Assembly: GCA_964652615.1 (NCBI GenBank) | Contig: CAZZAT010000003.1 | Span: forward strand, 1-57,302 | DNA from: an uncultured Candidatus Saccharibacteria bacterium | GTDB lineage: Bacteria > Patescibacteriota > Minisyncoccia > Phycocordibacterales > Phycocordibacteraceae | Direction: 5' to 3' | Length of the DNA stretch: 57,302 nucleotides | Part shown: piece after piece, positions 20,222 to 29,627 of the stretch | How positions within the stretch are numbered: the first letter of the stretch is position 1 | Layout: the number at the start of each line of letters is the position of its first letter | The notes under the pieces: generated by a model | Database searches by the model: none | Told to the model about the DNA's origin: nothing | What the model saw: only the letters and a program-made list of their open reading frames with translations | Made by a program: the position numbers and the translations under genes

Positions 20222-21577
20222 ATGGCTTCAGGCGGACCAACGCTACCGTTTTTAAAAGAACTGCAGGACGCACTTGATACTACCGGCTCAAAGGGAGGTC
20301 TTTCTGTTCCAGGCAAAGGCGTTATTGTTTCGTTTCTTGTCGTACTTCTTCTCTTTACCGCGCTTGCACCTTCCCAGTCTGACTACAATTGGTCCTTTCT
20401 TTTTCTTAGCGCACCCCTCTGGCTTCCGCTTATCGTAGGGCGTATGGCAGTACTGCGCTGGCTCCAGTACAAACGCATGGAGTTTCTTTCAGGCAAGAAG
20501 TTTGTCTTGCTTGAGATGCGTATTCCGCGCGACACCATGAAGACGCCTGCTGCCATGGAAACGGTGCTTTCAAACCTTCACTTAGGGCCAAATGAAAGTA
20601 CGTGGTACAAGAAATACTTCGTGGGAGGCTCACGACCATGGTGGTCCTTTGAGCTTGTCTCAATTGAAGGCACCATTCATTTCTATATTTGGACGCGCGA
20701 TGATTTCCGCCGTGCCGTTGAAACCTACATTTACGCCCAGTATCCTGATGTTGAAATTATTGAAGCGGCAGACTATAGCCGCCTGCTTGATCCATCACGA
20801 AAGCCGTATAAGATGGCCGCGTTTGAATTCGGACATACCGAAGCAGACCCGTATCCCATAAAAACGTATGTCGAGTACGGTCTTGATAGGCCGCCGGGAA
20901 AAGACGAGGAGCAAGTGAATCCTTTGGCGCAGGTCTTGGAACTTCTTGGATCAGCTGGTCAAGGAGAGCAGATTTGGGTGCAGATATGCGCACGCGTGAC
21001 CAAAAGCGAGAAGTTTCGTGGGAAGGTGAATGATAAAGGCAAACCCTATACCTGGAAGGACGAAGCGAAGACTGAAGTAGAAAGCATCAGAAAGAAAGGA
21101 CTTATCGAAGGCGGTAAAGATCAGAAGCTTCCTGCGCCTACTGAAATGCAAAAAGACACCATTGCATCAATTGAACGCAATATCGGCAAACCCGGATTTG
21201 ATGTGGGTATACGTGCTGTCTACTTTGCAACCGAAGAGAAGTTCTTTGGCTCCATGGGCGGCTACATTGCAAACCTCTGGAAGCCATTTGGAACGTCTGG
21301 CATGAATGGTTTTCGCACGATGCCAGGATTTTCTGATGCACCTGACTATCCATGGTTTGATCCAGGAGGAAAAAAGCAGGCAGGCGCAATGCACGAGGCA
21401 ATACAGCTCTATCGTCGTCGTGCCTTTTTCTATCCGCCGTACCGCTCTGGCTGGATGATTATGAGTAGCGAAGAGCTTGCGACTTTGTATCACGTACCTT
21501 CTGCAAACATTAAGACGACCGCCATCCCACGCATACAGTCGACGACAAGCTCTGCGCCTTCGAATCTCCCTACCTAA
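20222..21577 (+). CDS. membrane-anchored hypothetical protein of a type common in CPR
   Basis: Two N-terminal TMs; LLEMRIPR, SFELVS, IYAQYPDVEI, SEELATLYH motifs, which I associate with CPR proteins near VirD4-like ATPases (not verified). Confidence 0.8.
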   Translation: MASGGPTLPFLKELQDALDTTGSKGGLSVPGKGVIVSFLVVLLLFTALAPSQSDYNWSFLFLSAPLWLPLIVGRMAVLRWLQYKRMEFLSGKKFVLLEMRIPRDTMKTPAAMETVLSNLHLGPNESTWYKKYFVGGSRPWWSFELVSIEGTIHFYIWTRDDFRRAVETYIYAQYPDVEIIEAADYSRLLDPSRKPYKMAAFEFGHTEADPYPIKTYVEYGLDRPPGKDEEQVNPLAQVLELLGSAGQGEQIWVQICARVTKSEKFRGKVNDKGKPYTWKDEAKTEVESIRKKGLIEGGKDQKLPAPTEMQKDTIASIERNIGKPGFDVGIRAVYFATEEKFFGSMGGYIANLWKPFGTSGMNGFRTMPGFSDAPDYPWFDPGGKKQAGAMHEAIQLYRRRAFFYPPYRSGWMIMSSEELATLYHVPSANIKTTAIPRIQSTTSSAPSNLPT

Positions 21578-21581
21578 TTGC

Positions 21582-22556
21582 ATGCATTTTCTTCGCGTTA
21601 TTTCCCATCATGTGCGCCGTCGCATGCGCACCTATGCACTCTCGTTTCTTGGGGTTTGTGCATTCCTTGCCTATCTCTTCTTCCTGCCGCCTCTTGGTTT
21701 TCCGAAAGGGGAGAGTTTTGTTGTTCGTCCGGATGCTTCTTTTGATGAGACAGCAGCGGGACTTGAAGAACGTGGGTTTATACGTTCAGCACTGTTGTTT
21801 ACAGCAGTAGCGCGTATTGGACAAGCAGATAGAGATATACAGGCGGGACGATATCTTTTTGAGCGTTCAGAAGGCCTTACCTTCATTTTGTACCGTCTTG
21901 CAAACGGCCTACAAGGCATCCCTACGGTACGCATAACTTTTCCAGAAGGATATACCGTGCGTGAAATGGCCGATACGCTCGAAGCGGCTCTCCCAGAATT
22001 TGATGGAGAGAGGTTTACAGAGCTTGCAACAGAGCACGAAGGATACCTTTTCCCTGATACCTACCATATTTCAGAGGACGCAACGCCTGACGAGGTCATA
22101 GACCGCATGCGCGATACCTTTGAGAAAAAGCTCGAGACACTTTCTGATGTGCTGCCGCTTTCAAGCCGTTCTTTGGATCAGCTCGTCGTCATGGCCTCTC
22201 TTTTGGAAAAGGAAGCAAAGACAGAAGAAGACATGCGTATTGTTGCAGGAATACTGTGGGATCGCATTGAGATTGGCATGGCGCTTCAGGTAGATGCGGT
22301 ATTTGGCTATATCAAAGGCATCGATACCTATCATCCAAGCGGTGAGGACTTGGATATAGATTCTCCGTATAACACGTACAGGAATAGAGGACTTCCACCT
22401 ACTGCAATTGGAAACCCAGGACTCTCTGCACTACGGGCTTCGCTTACACCTCTTGATACCCCCTACCTCTACTACCTCACCGGCCAAGACGGGCAGATGT
22501 ACTATGCCGAGACGTTTGAAGAGCATAAGAAGAATAGGGAGTTATATCTAGATTGA
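21582..22556 (+). CDS. mltG: endolytic transglycosylase MltG
   Basis: ITFPEG, EGYLFPDTY, MASLLEKE, LQVDAV, SPYNTY...GLPPTAIGNPG. Confidence 0.95.
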   Translation: MHFLRVISHHVRRRMRTYALSFLGVCAFLAYLFFLPPLGFPKGESFVVRPDASFDETAAGLEERGFIRSALLFTAVARIGQADRDIQAGRYLFERSEGLTFILYRLANGLQGIPTVRITFPEGYTVREMADTLEAALPEFDGERFTELATEHEGYLFPDTYHISEDATPDEVIDRMRDTFEKKLETLSDVLPLSSRSLDQLVVMASLLEKEAKTEEDMRIVAGILWDRIEIGMALQVDAVFGYIKGIDTYHPSGEDLDIDSPYNTYRNRGLPPTAIGNPGLSALRASLTPLDTPYLYYLTGQDGQMYYAETFEEHKKNRELYLD

Positions 22557-22557
22557 T

Positions 22558-22803
22558 ATGTGGCGCTCGCTGGTATTCCTTGGCGTAACGGCTCTTCTCT
22601 TTTCAAGAGCTTTGTTTTTCTTTTTTAATGATCCAGAAGGACCAAATCTCTTAATTGTTGTAGTTCTTGCAGTTTGTATATGGAGTATTTCTGCGGCAGT
22701 ACATAGACACCTCCCTATATCAAACAGAGTAAAAAGATTTGGTATAGCTATCGGTGTTCAAATGCTTACCATTTGTATTCTTTATGTTCTTTCCTTCCTA
22801 TAA
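22558..22803 (+). CDS. small membrane protein
   Basis: 81-aa ORF with three hydrophobic segments, 1 nt after the mltG stop. Confidence 0.65.
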   Translation: MWRSLVFLGVTALLFSRALFFFFNDPEGPNLLIVVVLAVCIWSISAAVHRHLPISNRVKRFGIAIGVQMLTICILYVLSFL

Positions 22804-22804
22804 A

Positions 22805-22842
22805 AGAAAAACCGCGAGTATATAGATCTACTCGCGGTTTGA
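22805..22842. terminator. bidirectional terminator
   Basis: AAAAACCGCGAGTA-tatagatc-TACTCGCGGTTT between convergent ORFs. Confidence 0.7.
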
Positions 22843-22844
22843 AG

Positions 22845-23168
22845 TCAGTTGATTTCAACCGGATCTTTGTCCGGGTACATGATTTGGAAGGCATCTTCCC
22901 ACTCCCCGTCTTCGTTTAGCTGTTGGAGCTCGAGCTCTTCGTTGTCCCAAAGTGCCCGCAGGTGGTCTTTTGAAAGCCCTGCTTGCGCAAGAATTTCAAA
23001 GCCGTCTTCCGTCTCCTTGGTCTCCACCCACACGCCAAGCGTAGGCGCAAGCGTGGCAAGGATTCGGTAGCTGCGGACATTGGGGCTTGGTTGCACAAGC
23101 TCCCTACGCATATAGCGAAGACGCGTAAGCAGAACGCCTTCCGTTGCAAGGTGCATGCAGTTCATCAC
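22845..23168 (-). CDS. hypothetical protein
   Basis: 107-aa ORF ending at the terminator; start uncertain. Confidence 0.55.
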   Translation of the reverse strand: MMNCMHLATEGVLLTRLRYMRRELVQPSPNVRSYRILATLAPTLGVWVETKETEDGFEILAQAGLSKDHLRALWDNEELELQQLNEDGEWEDAFQIMYPDKDPVEIN

Positions 23169-23217
23169 TGCCTCCTTCGCGTGGTCCCTCCAAATAGAGT
23201 ATATTCCGTATATCTAT

Positions 23218-24258
23218 ATGGCTGTCAACAACCCATCGAAAAAGCGCGTATTTGTTGGCCTCTCGGGAGGGGTTGATTCGGCGGTGTCTGCAAAACTCCT
23301 CCAGGAAGCGGGGTATGACGTTGTGGGAGTTTTCATTAAAGGTTGGTATCCAGAAGGCTTGCCGTGCACTTGGGCCGAAGATAGGCGCGATGCTATGCGC
23401 GTTGCGGCACATCTTGGCGTTCCTTTCCACACACTTGATGCATCCAAGGAATATAAAGAAAGCGTTATCGACTATCTCGTGCGCGAGTATGGAGCAGGCA
23501 GAACACCTAATCCAGATATCTTCTGCAATCGCGATGTGAAGTTCGGAGCGTTTTATGCGTTTGCAAAAGCGCATGGTGCAGATGCTATTGCAACAGGGCA
23601 TTACGCGCGCACAAAAGACGGCAAACTATACCGAGCGGCGAATGCAGATAAAGATCAAAGCTATTTCCTGCATGCGGTACCTGCGGACGCGCTCACCTAC
23701 ACACTCTTTCCTCTTGGGGAGATGAAGGATAAGGCGGAGGTTAGGGGACTTGCAAAGAAGTATGCGCTTCCAGTAGCAGACAAGCGGGACAGCCAAGGCG
23801 TGTGCTTTCTTGGGCCAGTTTCTATGGAAGACTTTCTGAAAGCAGAGTTTGGGATACGTGTTGGCGTTGCAAAAGACGGCGAGGGGCATGAAATAGGGAA
23901 GCATGAGGGCGCGCTCTTGCATACGTTAGGCGAGCGCGTGGCGCTTAGCGGCGCATCTGATGGACCCTGGTATGTGGTTTCTAAAGACGTGGAAAAGAAT
24001 GAGCTTATTGTCTCTAAAGAGCGCTTAATACAAGACACAAAGAAAGACATTGCCTTTACGCATCCAAACTGGTTTGAAAAGCCTGCAGACGGTTCAGCAG
24101 TGTTCGCACAGTACCGCTATCACGGACCGCTTGTTGAAGGGACGCTTACCGGTGAGCGATTTATACCCGCGCATGCTCTTCCAGAGCCAGCTGCCTCAGG
24201 ACAATCCATTGTTTTCTATAGAGATGCTGCGTGTCTTGGCGGCGGTACGATTTCATAA
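23218..24258 (+). CDS. mnmA: tRNA 2-thiouridine(34) synthase MnmA
   Basis: LSGGVDS, TPNPDIFCN, IATGHYA, KDQSYFL, SQGVCF, GQSIVFY. Confidence 0.97.
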   Translation: MAVNNPSKKRVFVGLSGGVDSAVSAKLLQEAGYDVVGVFIKGWYPEGLPCTWAEDRRDAMRVAAHLGVPFHTLDASKEYKESVIDYLVREYGAGRTPNPDIFCNRDVKFGAFYAFAKAHGADAIATGHYARTKDGKLYRAANADKDQSYFLHAVPADALTYTLFPLGEMKDKAEVRGLAKKYALPVADKRDSQGVCFLGPVSMEDFLKAEFGIRVGVAKDGEGHEIGKHEGALLHTLGERVALSGASDGPWYVVSKDVEKNELIVSKERLIQDTKKDIAFTHPNWFEKPADGSAVFAQYRYHGPLVEGTLTGERFIPAHALPEPAASGQSIVFYRDAACLGGGTIS

Positions 24259-24285
24259 AAAGAACGGATGGTATGATGAGGTGTC

Positions 24286-25122
24286 GTGACTAACATCATC
24301 AAAGCAGACGGTACGTCAGAACCTTTCGAGGGAGCAAAGCTTGAGAGTTCGCTTCGAAAAGCCGGTGCGGGAGCTGCTGTTGCTTCTCGTATTAGGACGA
24401 CTATAGAGAAAAGTATTGTCGCTGGAGTAGGGACGCATGAGATATACAAGCGTGCCTTTACGATGCTTCGAAATGAAGAGCGGGCAACGGCTGCCCGCTA
24501 TAGCCTGCGCCGCGCCCTTTTTGAACTTGGCCCAACAGGACACCCTTTTGAAGACTTTGTAGCAGAATTGTTTCGCGTTGAAGGCTGGGAGGTGGAGTGG
24601 CGCAAGACCATTCCTGGAAAATGCATCTCACATGAAGTGGATGTATATGCCAAAAAAGGCAACGACCACATCGCTGCAGAGCTAAAGTATCACAATAACC
24701 CGAACTATAAGACGGACGTAAAGACAGCGCTCTATGTCAAAGCGCGTTTTGATGATATTTGGCAGTGCGATCCCAAGAAAAACACAACGTGCCCTGTTGA
24801 TTTCGGGTATCTCATCACCAACACAAAGTTCACCGAGACTGCTATTCAGTATGCGCACTGTTCAAACATTGGCCTCATTGGTTGGAGCTACCCAACGGAA
24901 GGCAACCTCTATGACCGCATCATTGCTGCTGGCATATATCCAGTTACCGCACTCACCCAGCTTCGAAAGGCCGAGCGACGCCTCTTGGTTGAGCAGGGTA
25001 TTGTCACGGTAGGGCAATTGAAGAATAAGCGAGATGCACTACGCGAGCTGCGGCTTTCTCCAGCTCGTATCGGAGCTGTCGCAGCTGAAATAGAGGCGCT
25101 TTTGGCTCCGGTGTCGCGCTAA
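24286..25122 (+). CDS. ATP-cone plus Mrr-like restriction endonuclease domain protein
   Basis: IIKADGTSEPFEGAKLESSL (ATP cone); GHPFEDFVAELF...EVDV...AELKY (PD-(D/E)xK/Mrr). Confidence 0.8.
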   Translation: MTNIIKADGTSEPFEGAKLESSLRKAGAGAAVASRIRTTIEKSIVAGVGTHEIYKRAFTMLRNEERATAARYSLRRALFELGPTGHPFEDFVAELFRVEGWEVEWRKTIPGKCISHEVDVYAKKGNDHIAAELKYHNNPNYKTDVKTALYVKARFDDIWQCDPKKNTTCPVDFGYLITNTKFTETAIQYAHCSNIGLIGWSYPTEGNLYDRIIAAGIYPVTALTQLRKAERRLLVEQGIVTVGQLKNKRDALRELRLSPARIGAVAAEIEALLAPVSR

Positions 25123-25152
25123 GAGCTCATATCGCGTACACTATTCATCTAT

Positions 25153-25932
25153 ATGGCATGGAAAACAAAGACCTTTGATCCCTCCTCCTCTGAACCGTTT
25201 GTCTTGAGCCGTTCAAAAATAGACATGTTTACCGAGTGCCCGCGCTGCTCGTACCTTGATTTGCGCCTTGGCGTAAAGCGCCCGTCGATGCCGTCCTTTA
25301 CGCTCAATAATGCGGTGGACGAACTCTTCAAGAAGGAATTTGATACGCATAGGGCAGAAGGCACTCCCCACCCTCTAATGAAAAGCTACGGCCTTGATGC
25401 GGTTCCCTTTAACGATGAGCGTATGGAAGAGTGGCGTGATGCGCTTCGAAGAGGCATCAAGACGCATCACCTGCCAACTAATTTAATTCTTAGAGGCGGT
25501 ATCGATGATGCATGGATTACTCCTGAAGGAGAGATTATTATCGTTGACTATAAGGCAACATCGAAGAAAGAGGGGCCGAAGTCTGAAGATGATCTCTATG
25601 ATTCGTATAAGAAGCAGATGGAGGTGTATCAGTGGCTCTTTCGGCAAAATGGCTTTACGGTCTCTCCAACCGGCTATTTCGTATATGCAAACGGACGCTC
25701 TGATGAGAAAGCTTTTGATGCAAAGCTTGAGTTTGATATCGAGCTCATACCGTACACCGGAGATGATTCATGGATAGAGCCTACGCTCCATCGCCTAAAA
25801 GATACCCTTATGAGTGATGCTATTCCCGAGGTAGGTACTTCCTTTGGCGGGGGGCCGTGTGAGTACTGTACGTATAGAGAGGCAGCAGGGAAGATACTGC
25901 TTAGCGTGCATGCGAAGAATAAGAAGAAATAA
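25153..25932 (+). CDS. PD-(D/E)XK nuclease family protein (RecB/Cas4-like)
   Basis: LSRSKID..ECPRC, GGIDD, IVDYKAT, C-terminal CEYC. Confidence 0.88.
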   Translation: MAWKTKTFDPSSSEPFVLSRSKIDMFTECPRCSYLDLRLGVKRPSMPSFTLNNAVDELFKKEFDTHRAEGTPHPLMKSYGLDAVPFNDERMEEWRDALRRGIKTHHLPTNLILRGGIDDAWITPEGEIIIVDYKATSKKEGPKSEDDLYDSYKKQMEVYQWLFRQNGFTVSPTGYFVYANGRSDEKAFDAKLEFDIELIPYTGDDSWIEPTLHRLKDTLMSDAIPEVGTSFGGGPCEYCTYREAAGKILLSVHAKNKKK

Positions 25933-25988
25933 GAACTTGACTTTCTACATAAAATAAGGCATGATTTCCTTAGGTTAAGGAGGTGTAA

Positions 25989-26279
25989 ATGCCTGTTTCC
26001 GAAAAAGCAGAACCCGAAGAACAAGGACACAACGGCACGTATAAATCCGTGACGTGGGCAATCTTCATGACGCTCGTTACCGTCGCAGGCCTCGTGCAAG
26101 TCTTTGCGTTTGGCAGCGATGATTTCGACCCGCTGCTCATGATGCTCGGTGTCGTGATGAGCGTAGCGGCGTGGATTGCGGTGTTCAGCTCGTCGGTGGG
26201 GATTCAAAAGATCTTCTCGACGATAAGCGTCGCCGCTTGCCTCGTCGCCGTGCTCTACCTCTTCGGCGTGTTCTCTTAA
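25989..26279 (+). CDS. small membrane protein
   Basis: Strong SD AAGGAGG, upstream TTGACT promoter, three TMs, hairpin terminator at 26283-26310. Confidence 0.75.
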   Translation: MPVSEKAEPEEQGHNGTYKSVTWAIFMTLVTVAGLVQVFAFGSDDFDPLLMMLGVVMSVAAWIAVFSSSVGIQKIFSTISVAACLVAVLYLFGVFS

Positions 26280-26336
26280 CCAAACGCCCGTCGCATTGCT
26301 GCGACGGGCGTACCATTTTTGCTATACTTCTTTTAT

Positions 26337-26594
26337 ATGAAATCAACGTTCGCCGAGCGTGTACGCAGTGTCGTACGAAGCATTCCCAAGGGAAAGACCA
26401 TGAGCTATGGCCAAGTAGCGCGCGCTGCCGGTGCTCCAGGAGCTGCACGGGCAGTAGGTATGGTTATGAAAAATAACAACGATAAGAGTGTCCCGTGCCA
26501 CAGGGTAATACGCGCAGACGGGAAGATAGGCGGATATAACGAGATAAACGGACCGTCCAAAGAGGCTTTGCTTCGCGCAGAAGGCGCTCTCTGA
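26337..26594 (+). CDS. O6-alkylguanine-DNA alkyltransferase, C-terminal domain only (MGMT family)
   Basis: IPKGKTMSYGQVA, ARAVG, VPCHRVI active-site motif. Confidence 0.9.
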   Translation: MKSTFAERVRSVVRSIPKGKTMSYGQVARAAGAPGAARAVGMVMKNNNDKSVPCHRVIRADGKIGGYNEINGPSKEALLRAEGAL

Positions 26595-26619
26595 TACTCT
26601 GTTTGGCGGGAGGTACAAA

Positions 26620-26727
26620 ATGCTGCCCTTTGTGCAATTCAACATATTGGTGTCCCTCTATGGAGTCGCATGGTCCATGCCTCTGTTTTGGACGTTTGCT
26701 GCAGTGAATGCGGCGACAGCAAAATAA
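26620..26727 (+). CDS. putative micropeptide (35 aa)
   Basis: SD GGGAGGT then MLPFVQFNILVSLYGVAWSMPLFWTFAAVNAATAK. Confidence 0.4.
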   Translation: MLPFVQFNILVSLYGVAWSMPLFWTFAAVNAATAK

Positions 26728-26770
26728 CGGAACGCGCCTATGTCTAGGCGCGTTTTGCTATACTCGCAGC

Positions 26771-27433
26771 ATGGACGTGAAGCTCGAGCCCTCGTGGAAG
26801 CAAGCACTGCAGGAACAATTTGAAGAACCGTATTTCAAAGAACTGACTGACTTTGTACGTGAAGAGTATGGAAAAGGGACGGTATATCCGCACCCAAAGA
26901 ACATCTTTCGCGCTTTTGAACTCACGCCCTTCTCGAAGGTGAAGGTGGTGATACTAGGCCAAGATCCGTATCACGGAGAGCAGCAAGCGCACGGGCTTTC
27001 TTTCTCTGTGCAAGAAGGCGTGCGCACCCCTCCCTCGCTTCAGAACATCTTCAAAGAGCTTGCAAGCGATATTGGAGGGCAAGCGCCTTCAAGCGATTTA
27101 TCGGCATGGGCTAAACAAGGCGTGCTACTTCTTAATGCAACCCTTACGGTGCGCAAAGCTTCCGCAGGTTCGCATCAAGGAAAAGGTTGGGAACGCTTCA
27201 CCGATGCCGCCATACGTGCACTTTCAGACTCGCATGAAGGTCTTGTCTTCATACTCTGGGGCAATTACGCAAAGCAAAAGGGAAGTCACATCGATACTGC
27301 AAAGCATCTCGTCATTACATCAGCGCACCCTTCACCACTATCTGCATACAATGGGTTCTTTGGGTCAAAACCTTTTTCAAAGACAAACGCATATCTAGCT
27401 TCGAAAGGGAAAGAAGTGATTTCGTGGGCATAA
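26771..27433 (+). CDS. ung: uracil-DNA glycosylase (family 1)
   Basis: ILGQDPYH, QGVLLLNA, LWGNYA, HPSPLS. Confidence 0.98.
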   Translation: MDVKLEPSWKQALQEQFEEPYFKELTDFVREEYGKGTVYPHPKNIFRAFELTPFSKVKVVILGQDPYHGEQQAHGLSFSVQEGVRTPPSLQNIFKELASDIGGQAPSSDLSAWAKQGVLLLNATLTVRKASAGSHQGKGWERFTDAAIRALSDSHEGLVFILWGNYAKQKGSHIDTAKHLVITSAHPSPLSAYNGFFGSKPFSKTNAYLASKGKEVISWA

Positions 27434-27434
27434 G

Positions 27435-27465
27435 AAAAACCACCCGATAAATCGGGCGGTTTCTT
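27435..27465. terminator. bidirectional terminator
   Basis: AAAAACCACCCGAT-aa-ATCGGGCGGTTT. Confidence 0.65.
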
Positions 27466-27468
27466 CGT

Positions 27469-27549
27469 TTAGGGGAACAAGTGTTGAGCGCCTTCCGCCG
27501 CGTACACGACGAAAAGCACGATGCACAATGCGACAAGAGCATACTTCAT
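27469..27549 (-). CDS. putative hydrophobic micropeptide (26 aa)
   Basis: SD GGGAGG then MKYALVALCIVLFVVYAAEGAQHLFP, ending at the terminator. Confidence 0.45.
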   Translation of the reverse strand: MKYALVALCIVLFVVYAAEGAQHLFP

Positions 27550-27602
27550 CTGACCCTCCCGTAACGATTCTAAGATATCATCAATTTATATAATTGTCAA
27601 CC

Positions 27603-29567
27603 TCACCAAATATCTGCTCTCGCTTTCTTCTCTCGATACAACGCATCGCCTTTCTGAACAGCAAAGGTTCTATAGAAGTCAGGAAGATTTGAGGCAGGGC
27701 CGTTGATACGAAATTCCCCTGGTGAATGCGGATCGGTTAGTACGCGCATCTTTATAGCTTCAGGGCGAGAGTTTTCACATTCAAAGACCGCAAACCCGAG
27801 GAAGAAGCGCTGTTCCGGAGTGAAGCCATCTATAAGAGGTTCTGCTTTCTGCATCGCACGAAGACGGTACGCATCAAGAGCGATAGCAACACCCCCAAGG
27901 TCTGCAATGTTTTCTCCAAGCGTGAGCTTTCCATTTACCTTGATGCCATCAGCTACTTCGTACTGATCAAATTGCTTTTTTAAGACGGCGGCGCGCTTCT
28001 CAAAGCGTTTGCGGTCTTCTTTCGTCCACCAGCTCTTGAGGTTGCCCTTCGCATCGAATTTCGATCCTTCGTCATCAAAGCCATGAGTAATCTCATGTCC
28101 AATAACTGCTCCTATGGCGCCATAGTTTACGGCATCATCGCCATGGAGGTTGAAGAATGGCGGCTGGAGAATCGCAGCAGGAAAGACTATATCGTTCATA
28201 GATGCTGCAAAGTACGCATTCACGGTTTGCGGATACATAAACCACTCTTTGCGGTCTACTGGTTTGGCAAGCTTTTTCATCTCGCGCTTATGCTCGTACT
28301 CCGCTGTGCGCATAAAGTTTCCTACATAGTCATCTTTCCGTATAACAAGGCCGGTATACGTCTTCCACATATCCGGATATCCTATCTTCGTATTGAGCGC
28401 GCGAAGTTTTGCAAGAGCTTTCTTTTTCGTTGCAGGACTCATCCATGCGAGGTTTTTGATACGTGCTTCGTATGCCGTAAAGAGGTCTGCAACGAGTGCG
28501 AGCATCTTCTTTTTTGCTTCAGGAGGGAAATGCTTTGCGACATAGAGTTTGCCGATGAGCTCTCCAAGACAAGCATTCGTAGCGTTCAGAGAACGTCGCC
28601 ACAAAGGCTTCATCTTCTTCGTTCCGCTAAGGACGGTGCCGGAGAACGAGAAGGACTGCTTTACGAACTTTTCAGAAAGAGCATTTGAGAAATAGTCCAC
28701 CAGATGCCACGAAGCGTATTGCTTCCATGCAGTAAGGGGTTCATTCTCAAGAAGACGAGATACTTCTTTGAGGAATTTTGGCTGGTTTACAATAACGGTC
28801 TTTATATTGCCTATACCACTATCAGAAAGATAGGTGCTCCACGTAATAGCTGGCGAAAATTTCTGCAAAGCGGAAACACTCATTTTGTTGTACAACTTGT
28901 GCGGATCACGACGGTCTTCTTTAGTCATAGAAGCCCGTGCAAGCTTGGTTTCAAGAGAAAGTTGAGTAGCCATGCGCTCTTTAGCCTCCTTGGGGGATGC
29001 ACCCATAAGGCGGTAGAGTGCTTCTCCGTGTGCGGAGTAGGCAATGCGTACGCGAACTGACTCAGCATCATCTTTTAGGTAGTAGTCTCGCTCTGGCATG
29101 CCAAGGCCGCTCTGGCAGATGCGCAGCATATATTTGGCGCTGTTCTTGTCGTCTTGATCTATATAAAACGCAAAGGGCATATGAGCTCCTATGCGTGCGA
29201 GCTTTGCGAATAGACGCACAAGCGCATCCTTAGAAGATGCCTCCTCTATAGCTTTCAAGAGGGGTGCAAGAGGCGTGATGCCAAGCGCATTTCTGCGCTT
29301 CATGTCCATGCCGCTTAGATAGAAGTCGCGAATCATTTGTTCGGGGCTGCCGCGTCTTGCACGTTTCTTCGAGGACACCTCATCAAGTAGCGCCTTAAGC
29401 TGGGTGTCGACACGATAGCGAAGCTGTATAAAGGTGCCCCAACGAGACTCGTTATCAGGGATAGGATTCTTCTTTAGCCATCCGCCGTTTGTATAGCGAT
29501 AGAAGTCGTCTTGTGCTCTCACGCTCGTATCCATGTCGCGCACATCAAAGCCCCATTGTTTTTTCAT
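27603..29567 (-). CDS. M13 family metallopeptidase (neprilysin/PepO-like)
   Basis: VNAYF, HEITHGFD zinc motif, TLGENIAD, DPHSP. Confidence 0.97.
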   Translation of the reverse strand: MKKQWGFDVRDMDTSVRAQDDFYRYTNGGWLKKNPIPDNESRWGTFIQLRYRVDTQLKALLDEVSSKKRARRGSPEQMIRDFYLSGMDMKRRNALGITPLAPLLKAIEEASSKDALVRLFAKLARIGAHMPFAFYIDQDDKNSAKYMLRICQSGLGMPERDYYLKDDAESVRVRIAYSAHGEALYRLMGASPKEAKERMATQLSLETKLARASMTKEDRRDPHKLYNKMSVSALQKFSPAITWSTYLSDSGIGNIKTVIVNQPKFLKEVSRLLENEPLTAWKQYASWHLVDYFSNALSEKFVKQSFSFSGTVLSGTKKMKPLWRRSLNATNACLGELIGKLYVAKHFPPEAKKKMLALVADLFTAYEARIKNLAWMSPATKKKALAKLRALNTKIGYPDMWKTYTGLVIRKDDYVGNFMRTAEYEHKREMKKLAKPVDRKEWFMYPQTVNAYFAASMNDIVFPAAILQPPFFNLHGDDAVNYGAIGAVIGHEITHGFDDEGSKFDAKGNLKSWWTKEDRKRFEKRAAVLKKQFDQYEVADGIKVNGKLTLGENIADLGGVAIALDAYRLRAMQKAEPLIDGFTPEQRFFLGFAVFECENSRPEAIKMRVLTDPHSPGEFRINGPASNLPDFYRTFAVQKGDALYREKKARADIW

Positions 29568-29627
29568 AGGTGTCAGTATACGAGCGACCCTCGAAATACG
29601 CCATTTTCATGGTATCTTCTGGCGTAT

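Noticed and set aside
25153-25932. CRISPR-Cas locus (Cas4-like gene)
   Set aside because: No cas1/cas2, no effector gene and no repeat-spacer array seen in the window; the Cys pattern differs from Cas4.
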